From: Candidatus Methylomirabilota bacterium
GTDB taxonomy: Bacteria; Methylomirabilota; Methylomirabilia; Rokubacteriales; CSP1-6
Assembly (NCBI GenBank): GCA_035315345.1
Contig: DATFYA010000187.1
Coordinates: forward strand, 3,436 to 67,435
Reading direction: 5' to 3'
DNA length: 64,000 nt
Shown: positions 37,553-45,086 of the stretch, piece after piece
Layout of the letters: each line of letters begins with the position of its first letter
Numbering within the stretch: position 1 is the first letter of the stretch
The notes under the pieces: generated by a model
What the model was told of the DNA's origin: nothing
Databases searched by the model: none
The model's input: the letters and a program-made list of their open reading frames with translations, nothing else
Position numbers and translations under genes: made by a program

Positions 37553-37691
37553 GCGAAGAACGGTTGGAAACGTCTGCGGCTACCGTGACTTACGAAGCAG
37601 CACGTTCCGGGTCGCCCGGAGGCAGGTGACGAGGAACGCCAGACAGTGTACCGATTTAGGACGCCTCCGGGCTCGCCCGCAGGAACTGCGG

Positions 37692-38480
37692 CTAGCGGGG
37701 CAGCCAGTCCCGCAACGGCTTGACGATCGCGCCGGCCTTGACCAGGCCCTCCCGCACCGCCGCGACGATCTTGTCCGAGCCGGGGCTGTCGCCGTGGATG
37801 CAGATCGTCGCGACGTTCGCGTCGATCACCTTGCCGGTGATGGTGCGGACCTTGCCCTCCATGGCCATGCGCACGGCCTGGTCGGCTGCCTTGGCCGGAT
37901 CGGTGATCAGCGCGTCCTTGCCGAGCTTGCGGGTGACCAGCTGGCCGTCGTCGGCATAGACGCGGTCGGCGAAGCCCTCGGCGGCGATGCGCACGCCCGT
38001 CACCTTCCGCGCCTCCGCGTCGTACTTGGTCATGGCCATCGTCATCAGGATGATCTCGGGGTCCAGCTCGAGCACCTGCTCGGCGCTCGCCCGTCCCAAT
38101 GGCAGATTTTCTTCGAACATGTGGTACTGGATGCCGTGCGGCTTCACGTGCTGGATGCGGGTGCCCGCGGCCTGCGCGAAGGCGGCGAGGGCGCCGACCT
38201 GGTAGCGGTGGATGTCCTTCAGCTCGGCGGGGGACACGTCCATGCGGCGCCGTCCGAAGCCCATCAGATCGGGCAACCCCGGGTGCGCCCCCACCGCGAC
38301 GCCGTGCTGGATGGCCAGCTCCACGGTCCGGCGCATGACGTGCGGGTCACCGCCGTGGAAGCCGCAGGCGATGTTGGCCGAGGTGATGTTGGGCATCACC
38401 TCCTCGTCGTGACCGAGGGTCCAGCGGCCGTAGCTCTCTCCCATGTCGCAGTTGATGTCGATGTGGACGGGCTGGCTCAT
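37692..38480 (-). CDS. pxpA: LamB/YcsF family lactam hydrolase (5-oxoprolinase subunit A-like)
   Basis: ATG 38480 (ATGA overlap with the upstream LLM stop) within track ORF 37692..38798. IDINCDMGESYG, NIACGFHGGDP, VKPHG motifs. Confidence 0.88.
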   Translation of the reverse strand: MSQPVHIDINCDMGESYGRWTLGHDEEVMPNITSANIACGFHGGDPHVMRRTVELAIQHGVAVGAHPGLPDLMGFGRRRMDVSPAELKDIHRYQVGALAAFAQAAGTRIQHVKPHGIQYHMFEENLPLGRASAEQVLELDPEIILMTMAMTKYDAEARKVTGVRIAAEGFADRVYADDGQLVTRKLGKDALITDPAKAADQAVRMAMEGKVRTITGKVIDANVATICIHGDSPGSDKIVAAVREGLVKAGAIVKPLRDWLPR

Positions 38481-39412
38481 AGCTTGGGCAAGACCTCCTT
38501 GGCGATTCGCTCGACCTGCTCCGGCTGATACCGGTACGGGATCAGGATAATCCGATGCACGCCGGTCCGCACGTGGGCGCGCAGCTGCTCGATGCAGTCC
38601 GCCACCGAGCCGTGGATCGCGTGATCGATGGTGGATTCGCTCCAGGCCGCGGTGTCCCACTCCGTGGAGAGCCACTTCCGCATGTCGGCGGTGGTGTCTT
38701 CTCGAGATCGGCCCACGTAGATCGCGAGCTGGTTGGTGGCGGTCAGCCGGGCCGGATCCCGTCCGGCCTCGCGCGCGAAGCCCTTCACCTTCTCCCACGA
38801 CGTGGCGAAGCTCTCCGGGGTGTAGAAGTAGGTGAGCCAGCCGTCACCCACGGTGCCGGCCCGCCGTAGCACCGCGTCCACGTAGCCGCCGACCAGCACG
38901 GGCGGGCGAGGGCGCTGCGCGGTGCGCGGCACCATGACCGCCTCGCGCAGGTTGAACTCGTCCACCTTCAGGGTCACGCGATCCTGGGTCCAGAGCCGCG
39001 TCAGGATGTCGAGGTTGCGCTCGAACTGCCGCCCGCGCTGCTTGAAGGGCACGCCGACCGCGTCGAATTCGCGCGCGTACCAGCCCGCGGCCACCCCGAG
39101 GATCAGCCGGCCCCCCGAGATCACGTCGAGGCTGCCCAGGGCCTTGGCCGCCACTACCGGGTTCCGCAGCGGCAGCACCAGCACGCCGGTGCCGAGCTTG
39201 ATCTTCCGGGTACGGGCGGCGACGGCGCCCAGCATCGTGATCGAGTCCACGATGGGAAACGAGGGCTCCACGCCGAGCAGCACGTGGTCCCAGGCCCAGA
39301 GCGACTCGAAGCCGAGCGCTTCGGCGCGCTCCGAGTAGGCGTAGAGGGCCTGGATATCGGGCACCTCGCCGGGTCCCACGAAGTTGCGAATCGCCAGACC
39401 GAAGTCGGTCAT
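38477..39412 (-). CDS. luciferase-like (LLM class) flavin/F420-dependent oxidoreductase
   Basis: Track ORF. FESLWAWDHV...KLGTGVLVLPLRNP...RLILGVAAGW pattern. Confidence 0.85.
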   Translation of the reverse strand: MTDFGLAIRNFVGPGEVPDIQALYAYSERAEALGFESLWAWDHVLLGVEPSFPIVDSITMLGAVAARTRKIKLGTGVLVLPLRNPVVAAKALGSLDVISGGRLILGVAAGWYAREFDAVGVPFKQRGRQFERNLDILTRLWTQDRVTLKVDEFNLREAVMVPRTAQRPRPPVLVGGYVDAVLRRAGTVGDGWLTYFYTPESFATSWEKVKGFAREAGRDPARLTATNQLAIYVGRSREDTTADMRKWLSTEWDTAAWSESTIDHAIHGSVADCIEQLRAHVRTGVHRIILIPYRYQPEQVERIAKEVLPKL

Positions 39413-39465
39413 CGGGTGCGGTCCTTTCAGGGCGTTCCTGGCGGTCGACCGTTTGGTTGTTCAGG

Positions 39466-39696
39466 CTCTTCAGCTGCGGGGGCCCCGAAATGGCCCCCGC
39501 ACTCCCCCCGTCGGCGGACAATCGTTCTTGCGCCCATAGGCCCACTTGGCCGTCCGCACTCCTCCCGTCGGCGGACAATCGTTCTTGCGCCCATAGGCCC
39601 ACCGGGCCGTCCGCACTCCTCCCGTCGGCGGACAATCGTTCTTGCGCCCATAGGCCCACCTGGCCGTCCGCACTCCCCCCGTCGGCGGACAATCGT
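39466..39696. repeat. hairpin plus 57-bp tandem repeat array (3.6 copies) in an operon spacer
   Basis: 9-bp GC hairpin GCGGGGGCC-N7-GGCCCCCGC at 39476-39500. Repeat units lie at 39491-39546 (56 nt), 39547-39603, 39604-39660 and 39661-39696 (partial). Units 2 and 3 differ at a single nucleotide. Confidence 0.9.
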
Positions 39697-39707
39697 GGGG
39701 GGTGAGT

Positions 39708-40469
39708 TCATCCGATGAATTGGCGGTTGGGGTCGAGCATGCGGAGGATGGAGAGCTCCTGGTCGGTGGGGGGCTTGGTGGTGGTGAGGTCGGGGCTCAC
39801 GAGGACGTCGAATCCGGTGTTGTCGCGCACCTGCTCCAGACTGACGCCCGGGTGCAGGGCAAGCAACTGCACGCGGCGGCTCTTCGCCTCGAAGCCGAAG
39901 ATCCCGAGGGTGGTGATCAGCCGCGAGACGCCGCCGAACAGGAGGCCGTGGCGGGCGCGGGCATCGCCGCCGTCCAGGTAGCCCGGGCTCGTGACGAAGT
40001 CCACCCGCTCGGTGAACCGGCGCTTCTCGTGCACGGTGAGGATCATCACTTCGCGACAGAGCGAGATGATGTCGTTGGCGCCGCCGCTCCCGGGCAGCCG
40101 CACCTTGGGGCGCGCGTAGCCGCCGATCGCGCTGGTGTTGAGGTTGCCGTGCCGATCGATCTGAGCGCCGCCGATGAAGCCCACGTCGAAGAAGCCGCGC
40201 TGGGCGAGCAGGAACGCGTCGCTGATGCCGGGCAGCATCTGGGCGCGGTAGGCCGCGCGCATCTCGTTGGTCGAGATCGGCAGCTCGCCCGGCTTCCACA
40301 TCGGCCCGATCACGCCGCCCTCCACCATCATGGTGAGGCCGGGGGCGTGGGTGCGCTGGGCCAGCACGGAGGCCATCATCGGCGCGCCGACTCCGGTGAA
40401 CACGGTGGAGTTGTCGCGCAGCTCGCGGGCCCCCATCACGGCGAGCAGCTCGTTGGCGGTGACGCTCAT
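39708..40469 (-). CDS. CoA-transferase subunit B (glutaconate/3-oxoacid CoA-transferase family)
   Basis: ATG 40469 (ATGA overlap) within track ORF 39708..40664. FIGGAQIDRHGNLN and LPGSGGANDI motifs. Confidence 0.85.
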   Translation of the reverse strand: MSVTANELLAVMGARELRDNSTVFTGVGAPMMASVLAQRTHAPGLTMMVEGGVIGPMWKPGELPISTNEMRAAYRAQMLPGISDAFLLAQRGFFDVGFIGGAQIDRHGNLNTSAIGGYARPKVRLPGSGGANDIISLCREVMILTVHEKRRFTERVDFVTSPGYLDGGDARARHGLLFGGVSRLITTLGIFGFEAKSRRVQLLALHPGVSLEQVRDNTGFDVLVSPDLTTTKPPTDQELSILRMLDPNRQFIG

Positions 40470-41428
40470 GTGGTGAGCATCCGGGCGCGCGCGGCCGCGT
40501 CGGCCATGCGGACCTCGCCGAAAAGGGCCAGATAGTCGGCGTGACCGCGGGGCGCATACACGTAGCGCTCCAGGTAGTCGGCCACGCCGGCGGCGCCGCG
40601 CTGCTGGATGCTCTCGACGTAGGAGGTGAAGTGGTCGGGCTCGGCGTCGTAGGCGCCGTAGCACTCGTGCGGGTAGGAGCCGTAGGGCACGTGGGCGAGC
40701 GCGTCCACCATGAAGCCCGGGATCACGGTGCGATCCGGATGCAGGCGGATCTCGTCCTCCGAGACGATCTCCTCGGCGGTCACCAGGACGGTCGACGCGG
40801 CGCGGGCGATGTCGGCGTCCATGTGCGGGTAGCCGTCGATCTGGCAGTTCCCGAGCCGGTCGGCGCGCTGCACATGCAGCAGGGCGACGTCAGGGAACAG
40901 GGCGGGCACCGCGTGCAGCGTGCGGCCGGTGTACGGGCATTCCACCGTTTTCGAGCCGCCCACCCCCATCAGATCCGAGCCCAGCATGGTGAGCGACGGC
41001 AGGAACGGCACGCCCATGGCGGCGGCTCGATAGCGGAGACCCAGGCCCAGGTGGCTCCATTCCTCGAACGCGATGCGCCCGGACTCCACATACTCGCGCT
41101 GGATGCGCGAGAGGCCCCACGGGAGCCCGATGCCCATCCAAGAGGTGACCAGCTTGTCCACCGCGCCCGCGACCACGCCCCACTCGCCCTCGTAGCACAT
41201 GAGGTTGCGGGAGAAGGCGAGCCGCCGGGGCCGGCGGCGCAGCAGGGCCCACACCAGCGCCAGCGGGGTGCGTGAGTAGAGGCAGCCGCCGATGGCGAGA
41301 TGGTCGCCGTCCTTGACCAGCGCCACCGCGTCCTCGAGGGGGCCGAGCTTCGGGCCGGCCGACTTGGCCTTGTCCTCGATCCGTCGCCGCGCGGCGTAGA
41401 AATCGTACTCGCGGGGGGCGATGGTCAC
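40466..41428 (-). CDS. CoA-transferase subunit A (glutaconate CoA-transferase-like)
   Basis: GTG 41428 (GTGA overlap) within track ORF 40466..42460. VKDGDHLAIGG..., ALLHVQRADRLGNCQIDG pattern. Confidence 0.85.
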   Translation of the reverse strand: MTIAPREYDFYAARRRIEDKAKSAGPKLGPLEDAVALVKDGDHLAIGGCLYSRTPLALVWALLRRRPRRLAFSRNLMCYEGEWGVVAGAVDKLVTSWMGIGLPWGLSRIQREYVESGRIAFEEWSHLGLGLRYRAAAMGVPFLPSLTMLGSDLMGVGGSKTVECPYTGRTLHAVPALFPDVALLHVQRADRLGNCQIDGYPHMDADIARAASTVLVTAEEIVSEDEIRLHPDRTVIPGFMVDALAHVPYGSYPHECYGAYDAEPDHFTSYVESIQQRGAAGVADYLERYVYAPRGHADYLALFGEVRMADAAARARMLTT

Positions 41429-42483
41429 GCGAGGATCTCCCACGTCTTCTGATAGCGGTCCAGCTGCTGGACGGTGTGGGCGTCCAGGGGATGCTCGCGC
41501 TCGGGGATCTCGACGTGCTTGGTCTCGCCGCACAGCGGAGTGGTGAAGTACCGCTGGCCAGTGTCGTTGATGACGGTCAGCACCGAGGGCAGGCCGGGAT
41601 GACGGCGCGCCAGCTTCAACGCGGCGGCCACGTTGCAGCCGCTCGAGATGCCGCAGAAGATGCCTTCCTCGCGGGCCAGCCGTCGCGCGATGTCCACGCT
41701 CTCGTCCGTGGTGGTGGTGATGATCCCGGTCAGCAAGGACACGTCGAGGTTGCGCGGCACGAACCCGTCCCCGATGCCCTCGATGCCGTGATGACCCCAC
41801 GCGCGCCGGGAGAGCAATGCGCACTCCGCGGGTTCCACCGCGTAGAGCTTGACCTCGGGGTCGCGGCTGCGCAGATAGCGGCCGACGCCGGTCAGGAGGC
41901 CGCCCGAGCCCTGCGAGTCCACGAAGGCGCCGATGCGGCCCCCCGACTGCTCCCAGATCTCGGGGCCGGTGCTGAGGATGTGGGCCTCGACGTTGTCCGG
42001 GTTGTCGAACTGCCCGGGCACCCAGTACCGGCCGGGCTCGGAGTCGCGAATCTGCCGCAGACGCTCCAGTGAGAGATCCACGTCGCTCTCGCCGCCCGGC
42101 GTGAAGACGAGCTCGGCGCCGTAGGCGCGCATGATCTTCTTGCGCTCGTCGCTCATGCCCTCCGGCATCACGATCGTGCACGGATAGCCCTTGACCGCCG
42201 AGACCCAGGAGCAGGCGATGCCCGCGTTGCCGGTCGAGCACTCCAGCACGCGCACGCCCGGCTTCAGATCGCCGCGGGCCTCCGCCCGCTCGAACATGTG
42301 CAGATAGATCCGGTCCTTGAGGCTGCCCGTCGCGCCGTACCACTCGACCTTCACGTAGATCGCCGGCGCGACGTCGCGGGTGACGCGGTTGAGCCGCACC
42401 AGCGGCGTGCGTCCCACCGCGGCGGCGATGGAGGGCAGGGCCTCGCGGTAACGGTTCCACTGCGTGCCGGTCTTCGGATCCAT
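41425..42483 (-). CDS. cysteine synthase/cystathionine beta-synthase family PLP-dependent enzyme
   Basis: ATG 42483 within track ORF 41425..42612. GRTPLVRL, GATGSLKDRI (PLP lysine), STGNAGIA, GSGGLLTGVG motifs. About 40-aa C-terminal extension. Confidence 0.85.
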   Translation of the reverse strand: MDPKTGTQWNRYREALPSIAAAVGRTPLVRLNRVTRDVAPAIYVKVEWYGATGSLKDRIYLHMFERAEARGDLKPGVRVLECSTGNAGIACSWVSAVKGYPCTIVMPEGMSDERKKIMRAYGAELVFTPGGESDVDLSLERLRQIRDSEPGRYWVPGQFDNPDNVEAHILSTGPEIWEQSGGRIGAFVDSQGSGGLLTGVGRYLRSRDPEVKLYAVEPAECALLSRRAWGHHGIEGIGDGFVPRNLDVSLLTGIITTTTDESVDIARRLAREEGIFCGISSGCNVAAALKLARRHPGLPSVLTVINDTGQRYFTTPLCGETKHVEIPEREHPLDAHTVQQLDRYQKTWEILA

Positions 42484-42488
42484 GGTCG

Positions 42489-43040
42489 CTAGCCTCGCGC
42501 GGTCGGTGTCGCCACCCCGACGCCCCGCAGGAACTTGGTGAGTCGGTGCCGGCCGGAGGTGAGCGGCTCGTAGCGCGGCGGGTTGTCGGGACCGCAGCAG
42601 CCGGGCAGACACTCGATCACCGCGTCGTAGTTCGGCTGGAAAAAGGAGGGGATCGAGAGGCGCCGGTTGCCTCGTGCCGTCTCGCGGGGAGGGTTCACCA
42701 CGCGGTGCATGGTCGAGATCCAGCGGTCGTTGGTGAGATCGGCGGCGGTGGCGTCACCGCGGCTGTAGGAGAGGTTCTCGTCGCCCAGCGCGATGTAGCC
42801 GCGGCTCTGCTCGGGCGCCGGGCGCGCCACCGCCTGCTTGGGCGGGACGGGCAGGTCGAAGAAGGCGCGCGATGTCTCGAGCATGCGGGCCACGAGGCGG
42901 TCCGGCACGCGGTGGCCGACGATCGTGAAGAAGCCGATGTCGGTGCAGGCGGTGTCGATCGCGCGCGCCACCGCCGCGCGCTTTTCCGGCGCACCCTCCC
43001 CGAACGCGGTCAGGTCGATCACCGGCACGGTGGTGAGCAT
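42489..43040 (-). pseudogene. 2OG-Fe(II) oxygenase remnant with large in-frame internal deletion
   Basis: ATG 43040 within track ORF 42489..43142. The N-terminal DIOX_N-like part (VPVIDL...IGFFTIVGHRVP...AFFDLP) joins directly to the distal LTNDRWISTMHRV...RLSIPSFFQP segment. The core with the HxD iron-binding motif is absent (183 aa versus about 320 expected). Confidence 0.6.
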
Positions 43041-43050
43041 CGAGAGCCGG

Positions 43051-43746
43051 CTACCGCTCGGCGCGCCGGGTGAACTCGAGCGCGTCTTGCAGCACGTGAT
43101 CGGCGTGAGCGCGGGCCAGCCGCTCGCCGCCCTCGGCGTCACCCGACCGCACCGCCTCGAAGAGGGCGTGGTGCTCGGCCACGCTCGACTCGACCCGCTC
43201 GGGCAGGTAGAGCGACCGGAGACGGAGCACCAGGATCTGCGCGTAGACGTTCTCGAGGAGCCGGGTGAGGGCCTGATTGCGGGCGGCGCGCAGGACGCAG
43301 TCGTGGAAGTCGATGGCGGCGCGCGAGTAGCCCTCCATCTCGCCGGCGGCCGCCGCGCGCTCCATCTCGGCCATCGCGGCCTCGAGGGCGGCGCGCGAGT
43401 CGCCGTCCAGATGGCGGGCGGCCTGGCGCACCGCGAGCGCTTCCAGCGCCCCGCGCACCATGAACAGATCGCGGATCTGGTCCGCGCCGTAGTTGAGGAC
43501 GAAGACGCCGTGGCGCGGCACCGTGTTCACCAGGCCCTCGCTCTCGAGGCGACGCATGGTGTCCCAGACGGGGGTGCGGCTCACGCCCAGGTCGCGGCAG
43601 ATCTGCTCGACGTTCAGCTTGGAGCCGGGCGGGAAGACCTGACTCAGGATGAGTTCGCGCACGGTGCGGTAGACCCGCTCGCCGAGGCTCTCGTGCCGCA
43701 ACCGCGCGATCGACGCGCGCGGGGCGCTCGCTCTCACCGGGGTCAT
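43051..43746 (-). CDS. GntR family transcriptional regulator (FadR/FCD subfamily)
   Basis: Track ORF. wHTH region LNVEQICRDLGVSRTPVWDTMRRLESEGLV followed by an all-helical FCD-type C-terminal domain. Confidence 0.9.
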   Translation of the reverse strand: MTPVRASAPRASIARLRHESLGERVYRTVRELILSQVFPPGSKLNVEQICRDLGVSRTPVWDTMRRLESEGLVNTVPRHGVFVLNYGADQIRDLFMVRGALEALAVRQAARHLDGDSRAALEAAMAEMERAAAAGEMEGYSRAAIDFHDCVLRAARNQALTRLLENVYAQILVLRLRSLYLPERVESSVAEHHALFEAVRSGDAEGGERLARAHADHVLQDALEFTRRAER

Positions 43747-43754
43747 GGAGCCGT

Positions 43755-43824
43755 ATTCTTGGCGCGCCGGTGAGCGATGTCAACCGGGTTTTCATTTGAC
43801 ACGTGACATGAAATGTAGGATAAG
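43755..43824. promoter_or_regulatory. divergent promoter pair with dyad-symmetric candidate GntR operator
   Basis: Minus strand: TTGACA (43783-78), 17-nt spacer, AAGAAT (43760-55), ending 8 nt before ATG 43746. Plus strand: TTGACA (43796-801), 17-nt spacer, GATAAG (43819-24). The dyad TTTCAT-N12-ATGAAA (43790-43813) encloses CACGTG. Confidence 0.4.
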
Positions 43825-43891
43825 GGCGCGGAAATCACCGCGGCACGGCGGTGGTGAACTCAGACCGGTGCCCGTCATAGGAGGTCCAGAC

Positions 43892-45064
43892 ATGAAGCGA
43901 GCAATCCGAGCCCTTTCCCTCGCGCTGGCGTCCGCGCTGGCGATGTGGACGCCGTCCGCGCACGCGCAGGACGCGGTGAAGATCGGCGTGATCGAGCCGC
44001 TGTCCGGCCCGGTGGCCGCCTCCGGCAACTACGTGCGCATGGGCGCCGAGATCGCGCGGGACTGGATCAACGCCAAGGGCGGCGTGCTCGGGCGCAAGAT
44101 CGACCTCCTGATCGAGGACAACAAGTCCGACCCGAAGGAAGCGGCCACCGCGGCCGAGAAGCTGATCGTGCGCGACAAGGTGCCGGTCATCATGGGCGCG
44201 TGGGGCAGCTCGATGACGCTGGCCGCGATGCCGAAGCTCGAGGAGTACGGCGTGCCGATGGTGGTGGAGACCTCGAGCGCCGCGACCATCACCAAGCGCG
44301 GCAACCCGTGGATCTTCCGCATCAGCCCGCCCAGCGAGATGGAGGCGCTCGGCCTCGAGAAGTATCTCAAGGACTTCGGCATCAAGCAGGCCGACTTCCT
44401 CGCGGTCAACACCGACTGGGGCCGCGGCTCGGTCGGCGCGTTCGGCGATCTCCTGAAGCGGTCGGGCGCCTCGGTGGGCGCGGTCGAGTACATGGACCAG
44501 GCCGCGACGGACATGAACGCGCAGATCACCAAGGTGAAGGCGGGCTCGGCCGACACGCTGTTCCTCACCACCAGCGTCGAGCAGATCACGCTCGTGCTGA
44601 AGCAGGCGCAGGAGCAGCGGCTGACCCGCAAGGTCATCACCACCGGCGGCAGCTCCTCCCCGAGCCAGCTGATCAAGCAGGCGGGCGCCGCCGCGGAGGG
44701 CAGCTACCACATCCTCTTCTTCCTGCCCTGGTTCCCGGAGGCGATGCCGGACGGCAAGCTCGCCAAGGCGTTCGTCGACGAGTGGGCCAAGCGCGGCCAT
44801 CCCTTCGAGGGCTTGACCGAGGGCTTCCGCGGCCACGACGGCGTGCTCACCGCGGTGGAGGGCATCCGGATCGCGGGCAAGGCGGAGCCGAAGGCGGTGC
44901 AGGCCGCGCTCTGGAACGTCAACGTGATGGGGCTCAACGGGCCCATCAAGTTCGAGAAGGACGGGCCGGCGGGCAAGGAGAGCGGCCAGAGCAAGCCGAG
45001 CATCTTCATCGTCCAGGTGAAGGACGGCAAGATCGCGCTGCCCGCGTTCGCGGCGAAGAAGTAG
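43892..45064 (+). CDS. branched-chain amino acid (Liv-type) ABC transporter substrate-binding protein
   Basis: ATG 43892 with AGGAGG RBS, within track ORF 43745..45064. Signal peptide, then the KIGVIEPLSGPVAASG...MGAWGSS pattern. Confidence 0.88.
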   Translation: MKRAIRALSLALASALAMWTPSAHAQDAVKIGVIEPLSGPVAASGNYVRMGAEIARDWINAKGGVLGRKIDLLIEDNKSDPKEAATAAEKLIVRDKVPVIMGAWGSSMTLAAMPKLEEYGVPMVVETSSAATITKRGNPWIFRISPPSEMEALGLEKYLKDFGIKQADFLAVNTDWGRGSVGAFGDLLKRSGASVGAVEYMDQAATDMNAQITKVKAGSADTLFLTTSVEQITLVLKQAQEQRLTRKVITTGGSSSPSQLIKQAGAAAEGSYHILFFLPWFPEAMPDGKLAKAFVDEWAKRGHPFEGLTEGFRGHDGVLTAVEGIRIAGKAEPKAVQAALWNVNVMGLNGPIKFEKDGPAGKESGQSKPSIFIVQVKDGKIALPAFAAKK

Positions 45065-45086
45065 CGAGACCGGCGACCGCGGGCGC

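Noticed and set aside
39466-39696. CRISPR array.
   Set aside because: The units are directly adjacent with no unique spacers, and there are no cas genes in the window.
39457-39705. Repeat-peptide ORFs through the 57-bp array: 82 aa on the plus strand, 67 aa on the minus strand, and the N-terminus of the 282-aa minus-strand ORF 38844..39692.
   Set aside because: The periodic 19-aa peptides arise simply because 57 is divisible by 3. There is no SD or sensible start context. The 282-aa ORF runs out of frame through the well-supported LLM gene.
43041-43142. Longer start (43142) for the 2OG-oxygenase remnant.
   Set aside because: The extra 34 residues overlap the 3' end of the GntR gene and do not resemble the family N-terminus, which begins at MLTTVPVIDL.
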